Source: Lingula anatina
Taxonomy: Eukaryota > Animalia > Brachiopoda
Assembly: GCA_051362555.1 (NCBI GenBank)
Contig: CM120640.1
Span: forward strand, 16,244,001 to 16,308,000
Length of the DNA stretch: 64,000 bases
Reading direction: 5' to 3'
In this document: piece after piece, positions 63,113 to 64,000 of the stretch
Numbering within the stretch: position 1 is the first letter of the stretch
Layout: each line of letters begins with the position of its first letter
Notes under the pieces: model-generated
Told to the model about the DNA's origin: nothing
The model's database searches: none
What the model saw: only the letters and a program-made list of their open reading frames with translations
Made by a program: the position numbers and the translations under genes

Positions 63113-64000
63113 GGATGGTTTACAGTTTTCTGTGTGACCTTAGTGTGATCTCTCGTTTATGACTGAAAACAATTGCGGTTCTATTTGCCTCAGTGTTTTA
63201 AGCTTAAAAAACATATACATTCTCTACGGTGATTTCTTGATTCTCTTAATGAGACATAAGATGTAGGGTTGGAAGGAATTTGTCTGCGATTTATCAGCAA
63301 GTAAACCAAAACAAATATCAGTGATTTTTTTTTAAAAATCAGACAATGAAAAATTACGTGGAAAACTAACAATTTACCTTTGGCAGTAACCTTTGATAAC
63401 GAATATATATTTTGTGTGAATAAAAATAGGCTCGTTTTTTAGAAAAAGAAATCTGTGAAAAAACGTCAGCTAAAAAAATTGTTCAAACCAGGACAATAAA
63501 TATTATCATTTAGATACAGTATTTAATCCCCCAATAGTTTGGGTCAAAAAGTACACGTCCATTATATTGATATCAAATTTTGACCATTTGAAAAGTTGAC
63601 AGTGGATTATTAAGGGTTGTGTTGGAGACAAAACAAACCAATCACTTCGGAGATATTGAACCTTATGGGAACCAAACCGTTGGATAAAGCCGGTAACGTG
63701 ATTGCCTTATTTGTAGAAGACACATATTACAAAGTCAGAACATAATGACACTTAAAACTGGAGGACTTAAACTGCTTTCAGCGAAGGACTAAGACATTAT
63801 CAATTGCTGAATGGAGATGTCCTCTCATGTCGTAATCCCAGTCGGAGTGGATTAACAGCTGGTTTCTAAGTGTCTTACATGCCGCAATAGCAACGGCGAC
63901 GTGGAAAGACAATATTAAGTCAAGGACCGCTGAGATTCGAGTGAGTCAGCGACTCTGCTGACGTAGGGAGCTCGGGTTGAGATGTGATTATTGGTCCGCG

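Noticed and set aside
1-64000. CRISPR arrays, rRNA, tRNA, autonomous transposase or reverse transcriptase genes
   Set aside because: None was recognised. The window is intron-rich eukaryotic DNA, and its repeats lack repeat-spacer structure.

Overview
AT-rich genomic DNA from an invertebrate animal. A lophotrochozoan or mollusc is plausible from the IL-17 gene layout and repeat types, but the species cannot be fixed from sequence alone. Four spliced protein-coding genes were reconstructed by hand with GT-AG introns in consistent phase: (1) the 3' half of the ciliary transition-zone gene CC2D2A (+, 19 exons in the window, stop at 13309); (2) a two-exon interleukin-17 (-, 25344..24505, 196 aa); (3) PARPBP/PARI (+, 11 coding exons, 27666..35909, 654 aa), head-to-head with the IL-17; (4) a two-exon 9-cysteine TGF-beta-family ligand resembling Maverick/GDF15 (-, 50589..47581, 402 aa). 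The best new signals are two in-frame candidate alternative exons hidden in CC2D2A introns: a 21-nt microexon preceded by three UGCAUG motifs, and a 180-nt charged cassette exon. Other notable points are a furin-type RKKR site in the IL-17, kB/CRE/AP-1 motifs and AU-rich elements around both cytokine genes, a third TATA/kB promoter near 63 kb, and a mosaic CpG landscape. Several short non-autonomous DNA transposons with clear TIRs and TSDs are present, including one nested pair. All homology calls come from recalled family motifs, not database searches.
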